From positions 2,108,001-2,172,000 of the forward strand of contig CDPCPM010000077.1 of the NCBI GenBank assembly GCA_976551045.1: a stretch of 64,000 nt of DNA. The letters run 5' to 3'. Under the pieces are notes generated by a model. The model was not told the DNA's origin. It saw nothing but the letters and a program-made list of their open reading frames with translations, and did no database searches. Positions 25,891 through 38,999 of this stretch are shown one piece after another (position 1 is the stretch's first letter; every line of letters starts with the position of its first letter). The translations under genes and the position numbers were made by a program. The DNA comes from Glaucostegus cemiculus (taxonomy: Eukaryota).

Positions 25891-26849
25891 GATCCTTAAT
25901 GGGGTTAAACCACACTGAACACCAGCCTCCTACAACGAGATATAAACTTGTGAAACTTGTACTTAACTGCTGTGAAATGGTGGGTGCATGAGTTTGTTAG
26001 GTCATTATTTACTGAATGTGGGCACCTTAATGTCCACGCACTGTAGCTCAGTGACAGCACTCTTGCCTCTGCAAGTCAACATTCCGACTTCCGTTCCAAA
26101 TACATTAGCACGAAACCCTAGACTGACATTCTGGGGCAATATTTAATTTCAACTTTAAACCAAGATCCCATCCACCTCCTCAGGAGGACATAAAAGAACC
26201 CATGGTAATGTTTGAAGAGCACAGGGATTATCTCATGTCCTGGCCAATATTTATTCTTAATCAACATCACACGAGCAGATGATCTGGTCATTATCACATT
26301 GCAGTCTGTGAGAACTTGCTATGTGCCAAAAGTCTGCAATACAACAGTAACTATGAAAGTATCTAAAGCTGATGTTGATTGAGAATAATATTGGCTGTGA
26401 AAAACATTAGAGAAACTAGTCTTCCTTTTTGTTTACCAATGCTGCTAAGTTTTACGTTTCCCATCCTCTTGGATCCAGCAGTCAGAAGCTTTAGTGAAGC
26501 ACCAGCTTTCTCTAACTGCCGGAAGTAATTTGGTTGCATTATTTCTTTAAGTTTCTGCACTTGCACAAACATACAGCAAGCGAGATAACAGTTCAGAAGT
26601 GAAGGAGAAAGCATTGGTGACAATGTTGGCCCAGAGATCCACCTGCAACCACCAGCCCAGGACATGGCTCAGTTCACACACACACACACACAAGACAAGC
26701 ACAGCACACACACAAGCAGACCAAACAGTGATTTCACTCTCTTCAACATTTATCCGTTGCACACTTCACACTGTTAGATGTTTTCCCTGGAGCGAAGAAG
26801 GCTGAGGGGTGACATTATAGAAATATATAAAATAAAATATATATATATA

Positions 26850-27590
26850 TCAGAATCAGAATCAGTTTTATTGTCAACCATATACATACATAGTATGCAT
26901 AGGAGCGAGATACCGTCCTCCTCAGGTGCTCGTCCCATAAAATAACAACCAACAGAGACACACATACACACTTGACAGAATAGACATTAAAAAAAACATT
27001 AAACATTAAAAACTACGGAAGTTAAAATTAAATTAATACGCAGATTAAATTAAAATTAAATTAAAAAATAGTTATTAAAGTGAACGGGCTGGTGTCGGGC
27101 ATTTAAAGTCCTGGTGCATTTCTGTGCACCTAGCATCTCTTAGTGTTAACAAAGGAAGATGGAGGGATGAGAGAGTTTGCAGTCCTGATGGCTTGCGGAA
27201 AGAAGCTATTGTTCAGCCTGGTCGTTCTTGCCCTGATACATTTAAGCCTCCTCCTTGATGGCAAAATTGTGAAGAGGTGGTGGGAGGGGTGAAAAGGGTC
27301 GGCCATTATGCTTTTGGTCTTCCTCACACAACGGTCTTTGTATGTGTCTGCGAGGGATGGAAGCGAGACACCAATGATCCACTCCGCAGCCCTAACTATC
27401 TTCCGGAGGGACTTCCGCCCAGCAGCTGAGCAGCTTCCAAACCAAACAGTGATACATTGAGTTAGGATGCTCTCAATGGTCCCCCTATAGAAGGTTTTCA
27501 TGACGGAGGGATGGGGGTACGCTTTCCTCAGTCTCCGCAGGAAGTAGAGGCGTTTCTGAGCTTTCTTCGTGAGGGCCGTAATGTTAGTGG
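26850..27590 (-). mobile_element. Rex1/Babar-type LINE 3' fragment
   Basis: Minus ORF FYRGTIESILTQCITVWFGSC..HPSHHLFTILPSRRR..RTTRLNNSFFPQAIR; (gattct)n tail. Confidence 0.85.
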
Positions 27591-29469
27591 ACTTTAAGTG
27601 TCCAATGACTGCTGCATCAGCACGTTCATTTTAACCTGCTTTTATTCAAGTTCCTTTTTAATGCGGTTTCAATGTCTATAATGTCTTTCTGGCCTTGTGT
27701 CTCTTATTGTTTTTAATATGACCTGCACCTTGATCTGTGGAGTACGGTATTTCACTCCCATGCATGCTGAATGTGTATGTGGAAGTGACAGTAAAACTGA
27801 TTCTGATTCTGATAATCATGAGGGGCATAGTTAAAGTGGATAGTCACAGTCTTTTTCCCAGGGTAGGAGAATCTAAAACTAGTGGGCATAGATTTAAGGT
27901 GATAGAGGAAAGATTTTTTTTAAAGAGGACCGTGTGGGAAGCAACTTTTCCTTTACACGGAGGGTGACAGGTATGTGAATGAGCTGCTCAAAGTAAGAGC
28001 AGTTCAGATAGTTGCAACCTGCTGTGCCAAGTCCCAGTTAATTAACAAAGTTTAAGGTCAAGTGTGAGGAAAGGACAGGGGAGGGGGATGGTTGGTGGGG
28101 GTGGGGAAAGCAGGTTGAACAGGTTGAAGGCACGTAGAACAGAAGTGGATCACTCATTCCTGCTCTGTCAGTTCATTAGATGTGATTGTAACCACAAATC
28201 CACATTCTGCAGTAACCTTTCACCTCCTCTATCAAGTACCTATCCATCTCTGCCTCATAAATATTGAAAGACTCTGCTTCCATCTCCCTGTGAGGACGTT
28301 TCTAAATCTCACGACCCTCTGAGAGAACAAATCACATCCTGTCTTCTTACACAGATAAGATGTACCTTTCTTTTAAATTGAACCTGGTTTTTGATTCTCC
28401 CACATCAAGAAACATCCCTGTTAAGACTACTCCAACCTTCTAAACTCCTAGCCTATCCAACAGTTCCTCATTAGACAACCCGCCTATTCCAAGTGTTGTT
28501 ATAGTAAACTTTCCCTGAAGTACCTTCAAGGTTCTAATATCCCCCATTAAATAAACAGACCAATGTTATTCCCAGTACTCCAGATATGGCCTCACCAATG
28601 CCTGAAGCATAACTTCTCCACTTTCATATTCAATTCCCCTTGCAATAAGCAATAACATCCTGATAGCCTTCTTAACTACTTGCTGTGACTGCATTTTAGT
28701 CTTTTGTAAACCAAACACTAGGACAGATTCCCGTGTAGTCGGCTTCTGCAATTGCTCACCAGTTAGATAATGCACTTCTTTTAAACAAAAAGCCCTGCCA
28801 AAATGGAGACACAAGAGACTGCAGATGCTGGAATCTGGAGCAACACACAAAGTGCTGGACGAACTCAGCGAGTCAGGCAGCATCCGTGGAGGGATGTGGA
28901 CAGTCGACATTTTGGGTTGAGACCAGTCCAGATGAAATGTTGACTGTCCACTCCCCTCCATGGATGCTGCTCGATCTGCTGAGGTCATCCAGTGCCTTGA
29001 GTGTTGCTCCTGCCAAAACCAGGTTGAAACGAGGGGAAAATGTGAAACGATCCATTTGCCAGATCTTTGCCCTGCCATATGTGTATTGAACAGTTCCACC
29101 AGCCCGTTAATGGAGGCATGGCTGCTGAGAGCAAGAGGCCATGGATGTGAATCCTCCTGCTTCACCTGGGAAAAGCTACTTGTGCCCGTTAAGCATCTCA
29201 GGACCACATTAAAAAGTGTTGCAAGTGGACAGTGGAGTGCTGAGAGAAGCAGGCAGCAATACACAGAACAAAATGCATTACTGCTTTGTTGGCCCGGGAT
29301 ACTCACGTGGTGCTGACTCTTCACATAATGGTGTGCATGGCCAGGCTGTCTGACCTCGTCATCACCAGCCTCACACCCCAACATCCAGCCCAGCCCAAAC
29401 CCCTCCTCCTGACATTCATGGCTCCCTGGATAGTGGCCAAGAATGACTAATAGGCCTCTCCCCTACCTA

Positions 29470-30045
29470 ATCATGGTACAACGGTACAAGACGTTGGTGA
29501 GACCGCACTTGGAATATTGTGGCCACTCTGGTCACCTGGGTGCAGGGAGGATGTCATTAAGCTGGAAGTGGCGCAGGTAAAGATTCCTGAGGATGCTACC
29601 AGGACTGGAGGGCTTGAGCTACAAGGAGAGACTGGATAGGCTGGGACTTTTTTCCCTGGAGCGTGGGAGGCTGAGGGATGACCTTATAAGAGGTTTATAA
29701 AATCATGAGAGGCATATTTAAGGTAAATGGCCACAGTCTTTTCCCCAGGGCTGGGGAATCTAAAACTAGAGGGTGTTGGTTTAAGATGAGAGGGAAAGAT
29801 TTTAAAGGAACCTGAAAGGTACCTTTTTCACACAAATGATGGTGGGGATATGGAACAAGCTGCCAGAGGAAGTGGTAGAGGCGGGTACAATTACAACATT
29901 TAAGATGTTGATACAGGTACGTGGATAGGAAAGGTTTAGAAAGATATGGGCCAAACACAGGGAAATGGGACTAGCCCAGGTAGGCAACTTGGTCAGCATG
30001 GACGAGTTGGGCTGAAGGGCCTGTTAGAGTGCTGCATTATTCTGT
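29470..30045 (+). mobile_element. CR1 LINE 3' fragment
   Basis: tacaagacgttggtgagaccgcacttggaatattgt encodes YKTLVRPHLEYC; typical CR1 tail. Confidence 0.85.
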
Positions 30046-30611
30046 AGCCCACTGAGACCAACTTGTGGCACCTCTGCTGTTGCCCTGCTCAAGGGTTCTC
30101 TGCAAACGTTTTATTCTGTGCCTCCGGGCAGGCACAAACACTTACTCCCAAGTAGCACTAGTAGTTTTACATACAATACTACTTGCATGGTTCATTACTG
30201 TCAGTTGCTAACACCTCCTTTAAAAGGCTGCCAGCACTGCTCAGCACACATGTGGCAAGGCAACTGATGCCAGCACCATTCAAAAGCACACGTAAACATT
30301 TCAAACAATAACAAACTTTCTCCCTGCCACTATCCAACACAAGAGAGGAACAAACCACACAGACGCACAGAGCCACACAGTAAGTGGAGTCACTGGAAGT
30401 CTTTGCAAAGTTGTTAAGAATAAGACATGGCGAAGGACATCTGTTGATGTGCCTTTTTTTACAGCAAACTGATGCAAGGGATTCTGTAAGTTTCAGGATG
30501 AGGGTTAGAAGGAGAATCAGACACTGACCAGGCACAAGCAGTACGGCAACAGGAAGTTAATATAAGCGACGAGGTGGGGTTCACGGAGGTTTATGTGGAA
30601 CCACAGCTGGA

Positions 30612-30840
30612 ATGATAGTGTAGTGGTTAGCACGACGCTGTTACAGCGCCAGCGATCAGGGTTCAATTCCCGTCGCTGACTGTAAGGAGTTTGTACGTTC
30701 TCCTGTGTCTGCGAGGGTTTCCTCCGGGTGCTCCGGTTTCCTCCCACATTCTAAAGACGTACGGGTAGGTTAATTCGGGGGTTTAAAATGGGCGGTGCGG
30801 ACTCGTTGGGCCAAAAGGGCCTGTTACCACGCTGTAAACA
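30612..30840 (+). mobile_element. V-SINE-like element with CR1-type tail
   Basis: tRNA-like head gtagtggttagc..gggttcaattcc, V-domain, tail gttgggccaaaagggcctgt. Confidence 0.8.
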
Positions 30841-32489
30841 AAATATAAGAGTAGTAGAATCATCACAATACCCACAAGGTGCACCTCCCTTCTCCCCCAC
30901 CATGTCCCTCCTCCCAATCTCCAGCCAAAATTGATGCTAATGAAAATCAAAAAAAACTGCAGATGCCGAAAAAAATAGAAAATGCTGGAAACAATCAGTT
31001 GATAGTATCTTTGATCTAAAATGTTTAACTCTGCATTTCTCTCCACAAAATCGATGCCAAGTTGAGCTCAGGCAATATTTACCACTCATCTAATATTACT
31101 GAGAGAAACAATACATGGCCGGCGTAAATGAGGTGAGGGGTTGGATGGGTGATATGAATGCAATTCAGGTACCTTGAAGGGCCAAGCCAGGCCTGTGAGA
31201 GGTGGAGACACAGGTGGCTGCAGATGCTGGGATCTGGAGCAACACACAAAACGCTGGCAGAACTCAGCAGGTTAGGCAGCATCCGAGGAGGGAAATGGAC
31301 AGTCAACGTTTTGGGTCTGGACCCAGATGAAGGGTCTTGATCCTAAACCTCAACCGTCCATTTCCCTCCGTAGATACTGTCTGACCTACTGAAGTCCTCC
31401 AGTGTTTTGTCTGCGAGAGATGGGTCTGATGGTTTCAGTGGTGGAGGTACAGTGAGAACAGAAGCAGGAAAGGTCCCGAGAATGGGAATGACAGTGGTGC
31501 CAGTGAACCTAATGCTTCGAGACTCTGGTGCTGGTCAGAGCATGACTGTCTCAAAATACACGTTTTAATGTAGAAGCCATTCCATCACACTACAAATGCA
31601 GCACAATATTCCACACTCAATAGGTACAAGAGAAGGGCACCAGTGCACGTAGATGCTGGAGCTCCCTACCTAACAGGGAGAATCTTCAGCACATCAACTG
31701 CACCAGTTCGTGAAGGCCTCTCAACTTCATCTTCTCAGGGGCAGTAACAGATGCTGCCCTTGCCAATGGCACTCAGGACTATATTAAAAATAAATGCTAA
31801 GAGACTGACTCTCTATCAGGCTAGTATGCCGCTAACTGTACAAACAATTGGCCAACACAGCACCAGCTTCCCAGCTCAAGCAGGGAAGGGACAATAAATA
31901 CACTCAGCTAACTTCATCCAGGTAAAAAGACAGAAAGAAAGCATTGATGCTGACAGCAATGTAAACCACAAATTCATGGCACTCTGAGCCACAAATCTTT
32001 TATTATCTTTTAAATCACCATTTCCTGACACGTATCATAACTGAAGGCCTTTCATTTTGCAAAAAAGGAAATTAGCTGCTCTTTTTAACACATACTATCC
32101 ATCGTAAACTCCAGCGACAACCCCCCCACCCCAGAACAAGGGAAGGGGTACGACCAATATCCACAAGGTGCACTTCCCTTCTCCCCACCATGCCCCTCCT
32201 CCCAATCTCTAACCCAAATTGATGCTGATGAAAATCAAAGAAAAACTGCAGATGCTGAAAATCTGAAATAAAAATAAGAAGTGCTGGAAATTTTCATTTG
32301 GCAGTACTTTTGACCAAAAACGTTTAACTATTGTCTTTCTTTCCATCGAATTGATGCCAAGTTGGGCTCAGGCAATATTTACCACTCATTGAACATTATT
32401 AGGAGAAACAACACATGGTCAAGAATGCACTATGATCTGCAGGAGCGGACTGAGCACTAATAGCTGGGTTTCCTAAAGACTGGATAGAG

Positions 32490-32940
32490 GAAAGATTCAC
32501 AAGGATGTTACTGGGACTGAAAGGCTTGAGTTATAAAGAGAAGCTGGATAGGACGGGGCTTGTCTCCGTGGAGCGTAGGAGGCAGAGGGGTGACCTTGTT
32601 TATATAATCATGAGGGGCATAGATAAAGCAGATGGTCCCATTCCTTTTCTCCAGGTTGGGAGAGTCCAAAACTAGAGAGCACAGCTTTAAGGTGAGAGGG
32701 GAAAGATTTAAAGGGGACGTGAGGGGCAACTTTTTCACGGATTGGTGGGTATGTGGAACGAGCTGCCAGAGGAAGTGGTAGAGGCAGATACAAGTACAAT
32801 GTTTAAAAGGCATTTGGACGGGTTAATGTTCAGAAAAGGTGTAGAGGGATAATGGGCCAAATGCGGGCAAATGCAACTAACTTAGGTAGGCGACTTGGTT
32901 GGCACGGACACGCTGGGCCTGTTTCCCTGCTGTATAACTC
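32490..32940 (+). mobile_element. CR1 LINE 3' fragment
   Basis: aaaactagagagcacagctttaaggtgagaggggaaagattt..tggaacgagctgccagaggaagtggt, matching other CR1 copies. Confidence 0.8.
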
Positions 32941-33119
32941 TCCATTCCCCCCCCCCCGGCCCACCCCCAAAACCCAACTACATGACCACCACCACTTTAC
33001 TAACTAGAGTCCTGCAAAAGCAAGTGGAAGGGGAAAGAGTCTCTTATTTTGTTTTGTGGTCTGAAGGAAGGAAAGTCCATCACAGCCAAAGTCAATCAGG
33101 AAGGGCAGCAAGCAACTTC

Positions 33120-33850
33120 AGGTGGGGCCCACGAGAGAGAGAGAGAGGGGGGGGGGGAGGAGGAAAGGAGAAGAAGAGGAGGCATTACCGCTTTAAATGT
33201 GAGGGACGCTTTCCCTGAACTGGGAAGAAAGAGAAACATTGGGGGTGGAAGCTGGGATCAGCGATCTCTGCTCCCTCCCTTCCCCCCCCCCCCTGAACAT
33301 CTGGCAAAGGCGAGGGGGAGGGGGAATGACGGCACTGGGTTTGAGGATTGTTTTTTTGGAAGCGCCCGAGGGTGCAGAGCCCGGCCGGCAGCGCTGCTTA
33401 CCTTGGCGGCGGCGGCGGCGGCGGACTGCCGGGCGCTGCTCCGAGTGTTGACCGGGGAATCGCTGCACCGCTGGAGCCCGGGACACAGGCGGGAGGGAAG
33501 GGCTGTTTGTGGGGAGGGTGGGGTGGGGGTGGAGGGGGAGGGTGGTGCTGGTGTGGGTGGGTGGGATGCAACAGCAAGAAGACGTGGGTGGGTTTTTTTT
33601 TTGGCAAAATAAATGCTTGAGGGGGGGGGGTGGGGGGGAAATAGCCCGACGCAGCAAAATAAGATTGAGAGCGGCAGCGAGCAATGGCGCCAGTGAGGAG
33701 AGTGTGTCTGTAATCCCTTTCCCCACCCTGGTGCTGGCTCCCTCTGAGGGTGGGGAGCTGGGTCACACTGCAGGCGTTTAAGGTGGTCCGTGCAAAAAAA
33801 AACAAACTGCAAACAAAACCCAGTCGGCACCTCCTTACAGGGTGACTACA
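33120..33850 (-). promoter_or_regulatory. GC/CpG-rich island: probable promoter and first-exon region of the NAB gene
   Basis: The most CpG-dense non-coding block in the window; (GGC)n run at 33405-33422; G-tracts; lies upstream of the NAB coding exon on the same strand. Confidence 0.7.
33402..33700 (-). other. Probable 5' exon of the NAB gene (upstream boundary uncertain)
   Basis: Strong minus-strand donor CAAG/GTAAGC at 33402/33401 inside the CpG island; no minus-strand ATG seen in this stretch. Confidence 0.6.
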
Positions 33851-36800
33851 CTCCCAAACCAAACCAAAATCATTGCTCTTTATTTGTTACTGTTGTCCCT
33901 TTACCCGGACTCCTGTCAAAATTTTCTCCAGATGCTTGAAGGTTGCAATATTTCCCCCACCCCCCCCCCCCCCAGCTCTGGGGTCTCTTTAAACCATTTG
34001 AAACATCCTGCTGGTTGTACGTTTTATATCTTTTGCAATGCACTGGATCTGCGAGCTTTGGACAGTCCACACACTGGGTGTTGGTTTAAAGAAAGATCTG
34101 CATTTATGTAGCTCCTTTCACTATGTTTTGAACTGCTTATCAGTTAAGGAAGTACTGTTGCAGCGTAAATCTTTTTCAACAATGCAGCCAATCGGCACAC
34201 AGCAAGATCCCACAAACAGCACTGCAGTCATGACTAGATTGATGTTGAGTGGGGGAAGCACCTTGTCCAAAACATCAGGGTAAAAAAAAAACTTAAAGTA
34301 CCTTGGAAGAGCAGAGGGAACTTTGGTGTAATGTCTTGTCCGAAAGATAGCATCTCCAAGAGTCCAGTAATGCATTGGGAACATCAGCCTTGATCTTGTG
34401 CTCAGATCTCTGGAATGGGATTTGAACACAACTGTGCAAGTGGTCACTATACGACGCTGTCTCACACCAGAGATCCTCTAAACCAGAAGACCCCTCTATG
34501 GCTGGCGGCAGCGGGATTGGATTGAGGACTTTGTGTCTGAGTGGATGAGATATCATCACTGAAACTGAGTTGGCCACTTTCCCCGAGCTGCTTAGAGGCA
34601 AATAAACCCTTCACATGTTGTGAATGCCCAGTAGGGTTTATCTGGATTTCTAGACAATTGAGATTTGTTTTTCAAAGGTACAGTCAGGTAGTAATTCCAT
34701 GTGGATGCTGTTACAGACCTCACTGGATTAAGAGAGTGGAGAACCCTTCAAGTAAAGATGTGGCTGAGTGTGATGGCCTTCCAGAAAGTGCGTGGGTATG
34801 CTCTTGAAATTCAGTCACGAGGAGGGCTCAAGGACAGCCTAGACCCAAGGTGATTCACCTTCAGGGTTGAAAGGCAGAAAGAATCAGGGGTAAAAAAAAA
34901 GAAATGGGAATTTCCTGGGACAATTTCTTCTCAGTTAGATACTTTATAATAGGTTTTCAACAAGTTACATGGTCATTCACCCCCACGAGGCAACTTTATT
35001 TTATACATTGACTTGCTATGTGTTTTCAACATGTTTGTTTTTATTTTTTAAATGAATCATTTTCCCTCAATTAAAACCTTGGAGCCTGCATTAAAAATCC
35101 TTCTGAAATGTGTAAATAAAATATTGTTAACATTGTGTAAAATTCATTTATTTTGTATGAAGAAATATGAAAATAAAGGTGCAAAAAAAGGAACAAGTCC
35201 AAGTTTATAAGGCTATTTGACCAGATAAATACGATGCCTTCAAGTTTCCTGGACCTCCTTAAGAACCTTTCCCCCCCACCCCCTGAGTGATTTTGCATAG
35301 ACTCAGAGATAGTGACGTGTTTCCCTAAGGCTGGGGGAGGAACAGAGTGAGCACAGACCCAGAGAGACAATCAGCCACAGACAATGTAAGCATGTCTGAG
35401 TTAGAGTGGCAGAGGCCGAGAGTGAGAAGGCAGAAACAGGGAGAATAAGAAACAGTGGTCAAAAACAAAATATGATATTTAGACACACACAGAAAAAGCT
35501 GTAAGTTTCCATCAGACACACTCAGAAACAAGGACAGGAATGAATGTGTGTGTGTGTATGTTCTGGTGTGTGTGTGTGTGTTTGGGAGAGGCACATGAAT
35601 CAGAGGCAGTGTTTGAATTCACTGCTGACGAGCGTAGTTAGAGCTGGGGGAGGGGGGTTTTCACAGAGAAAGACATTAAAAGGAGATACAGCTCATGGGA
35701 GAATAGAAAATGCAAAGTGTAAGCATGAAGGTTTGAGGACACAGGACGAGGAAGTCATTTTTTTTATCAGTTACCCACTGCAGGGCAGATTGAGATACAG
35801 TGAAACAGAGACAAATGCTTGCAGTTAGCTGATAGAACAGGAAGAAAGACCCAGCTAAAAATGTTACCAGCATCTGCTGCAGGAGGGGCTGATCTGTGGC
35901 TCTTGTCTGGATTTGAAAGAGAAAGGTCTTACAACGCTTTCATTTTACTGAATGCAGTTTGTAATATATAATTAGTTATTTCAACTTTGTTGATTTTTGT
36001 TTTTTCCTGGAGCTAGTTTACCCCAAAGTCATTGAACAGAAGGACAGAAGCTTGCCTCAACCTGCCCCCCCCACCCCAACCCCATCAATTCCAGGCCACA
36101 AGAAACTGCCAAAGTACCACCGCACAGCTGGCTTCTCTCTAACCCAGACACCAGCACATACTCAGCATTAAGCAGATGTTCGAATATGAGCGACATTTAA
36201 ACCTGGAATGAAAGTCAGGGATTTTGTCGCAGTGTTAGCAACCCTAAAATGTCCCACAAACGTCACTTTACACCCCCCAAAGTATTGCTGAAGCAGGGAG
36301 TCCAAAATGTAAACAAAATAATCAGAAAACGTTGGAAAACCCCAGCAGGTCAGGCAGCATCTATGGAGAGAAAAGCAGAGTTAATATTTGCAGTGTATCT
36401 TTAAGCAGGGACACTGTTCCCTTTGTATCCCTATGTGTGTTCGTTCATATTTGTTATTGGACAGGAGAGACATGTGGTATGTCTGCTTTGCAACAATGTA
36501 AGTTTGCCACAGTCTGGAAGTTCAGTCTGCTTAAAGTCTAAACACATAAATAATGTTAAGCACCATCCCTTGTAAATAAAGCATTACTGCTGTACCACTT
36601 ACATCCCATTGTAAAAACATCAGAAGTTGGAGTTAAGTGCAGTAGTTGTCTTCAGGATTGATAAAAGACATTGGTAAGTCTAGCAAGGCAGCTTTTACCT
36701 GAGCTTGTAGCATCAAAACTGACTTCTTGTGGTCTCCTATGACCACTCACATAGAATCACATTTGTTGTCAGATACTGATGACAATGCCGGGCACAAGAA

Positions 36801-36949
36801 GCCACAGTGGTCAGGAGGAGCAGTCTTGACTTGTCACTGGACTACTGCACACACCCAAGAGGAAAGGGACAAACAACATGGCTTCCCCTGACTGGCTGTG
36901 TCAAGAACCACAGTGGGCATCAGTGGTCAGCTCACTGGTTGAAGAAAGG

Positions 36950-37630
36950 GCCAAGTCAAGTTTATCATCATGTGCACAAGTACGGCGAGGTACAGATACA
37001 ATGAAAAACTTGCAGCAGCATCACAGGCACATATGTACATAAAACAGAGAAACATAAATTATACAAGACAACGGAGACACAACATTAAGACTGTGCAAAA
37101 CAAGATATTACTGCAAAAAAAAACACGTTCAGAGAGAAGTTCATGGTAGTGCAAGTGGTGGTCCGTAGTGCTCTGTTGCCGAGGTAGGGTTAGGGTTGTC
37201 CAGGTCAGTTCAAGAACCTGATGGTTGTAGGAAAGTAGCTGTTCCTGAACCTGGTGGTGTGGGAGTTCAGGCTTCTGTACCTCCTGCCCAACGGTAGCAG
37301 TGAAAAGAGGGCATGGCCCAGATAGTAGGGATCCTTGTTGATAGATGCCGCCTTCTTGAGGCAGTGCCTCGTGATGATGCTGTCAATGGTGGGAAGGTCT
37401 GTGTCTGTGATGGACCGGGCTGTGTCCACTACCCTCTGCAGCCTCTTGTCTTCCTGTGCGTTGGAATTACTGTACCAGGTTGTGATGCAACCAGTCAGCA
37501 TTCTTTCAACAGTGCATCTGTGGAAGTTTGTTAGAGTATTTGCTGACATGCCAGTTTCCTTAAACTTCTAAGAAAGCAAAGGCTCTGCCACGCCTTCTTC
37601 ATGATTGCATCTACATGCTGGGCCCAGGAC
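36950..37630 (-). mobile_element. Rex1/Babar-type LINE 3' fragment
   Basis: Minus ORF NFHRCTVERMLTGCITTWY..HALFSLLPLGRRYRSL..TTRFRNSYFPTTIRFLN. Confidence 0.85.
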
Positions 37631-38589
37631 AGGGACAAGTTTCTCCTTTCACATGAACAATATCCTGGAGGTGGAAGGAAAAGATAGTCTCTCATCACTG
37701 AGAGTCCACAGTGATGAGATATGTGTCTGTAAAAAAAGCAATACTCTCGACTGAGGCTGGGCCAGAAAGATGTGGCACTCTGACAAATCATTTCATGTTA
37801 CACCAGGCAAAAGATGTCTTGTTTAAAGATCCTATGCAGAACCTGGAAGCTTAGTTTAATCCGACACCATTAAAAGTAGCTGAAAGCTCTTTGACAAGCA
37901 GCCAGCATCAGGGGGAAACAATTAGTGGGTATATTGTTCCATTAAGGACTTATCCTCACATTGCAGTTTGATTCTTTGCTATATTGTGCCTTACGTGATC
38001 AGTTTTTGTGTGGACTTGAAGCTATAAAAAATTTCAGTCAAATCTGTTGAGCACGCAAAATCTGACATTGGAATTGCACGTAATATTGCTGTGTAAATTG
38101 TAATGGCATTCAAGAAATCTAAAGAAATTCATCCACAACACACCACTGATATGGCTGCAGTCCACAGTCAGCTGCAGCAGAGTTCAAGGCTATGAAGCAG
38201 AATCCAAAGCCTCCTGCTGAGACCAGTTCGGATGGTTGCTACCATTGCAATGGCTCACTGCTTGTCAACTTGTATTTCAGCTGCCGAGAGTAAGGTCGCA
38301 TTGCGATAGCCTACAGATCCAAGGTAGAAACAAACAACAAAAGCAGTCACAGTGGTAGTTCGGAAAGGAAAACTTCATAGTTTGGAAGTTCATTCAGACA
38401 ATGAGGAGATGGGATTGTACAGTGGACGTGCCACAAGCATTAACAGCAGCATTTTTGAGCAACGTTTGTTGATTACTAACCAGTACATTGACAAATTAAT
38501 TGATCCTGCTGCAAACTGTTTGGTAATAAGTTCTGGCAAGTTCAGCCAGATGGAGTTGACAGAAGGCACCATCGCATTGAAAATCTAGC

Positions 38590-38992
38590 CTGGCACTGAG
38601 TATAGAAGTTGGGATGTTATGCTGCAGTTGTACAAGAATGAGGGGTGAGGTGTATAAAATCATGATGGTTATAGTTAGGGTGAATGCACACAGTCTTTTC
38701 CCCTGGGTTGTGGAATCAAGAACTAGAGGGCATAGGTGAAGGTGGGAGGGGAGAGAGTTAATAGGAACCTGAGGGGAAACCTTTTCACCCTATATGAAAC
38801 GAGCAGCCAGATGAAGTGGTTGAGGCAGGTACATTAACAACATTTAAAAGGAATGGACAGGTACATGGATGGGAAAGGTTTAGAGGGATATGGGCCAAAT
38901 GTGGGCAAGTGGGACTAGCTTAGATGGGCATCTTGGTCAGCATGGGCTATCTGGGCCAAAGGGCCTGTTTCCGTGCTGTATGACCCTATGAT
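38590..38992 (+). mobile_element. CR1 3' fragment nested in the Gypsy remnant
   Basis: Closely similar to parts of 640-1228 (gagtatagaagttggga..gggtgaatgcacacagtctttt). Confidence 0.85.
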
Positions 38993-38999
38993 GAGGTTT

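Noticed and set aside
28566-29384. 272-aa minus-strand ORF
   Set aside because: Chance read-through across unique DNA, a palindromic repeat and a CR1 fragment (LVRPYLEY); no coherent protein
33049-33862. Several 90-190 aa Pro/Arg/Gly-rich ORFs as independent genes
   Set aside because: Low-complexity products of the GC-rich island; only the frame that joins the NAB exon is kept, as a hypothesis
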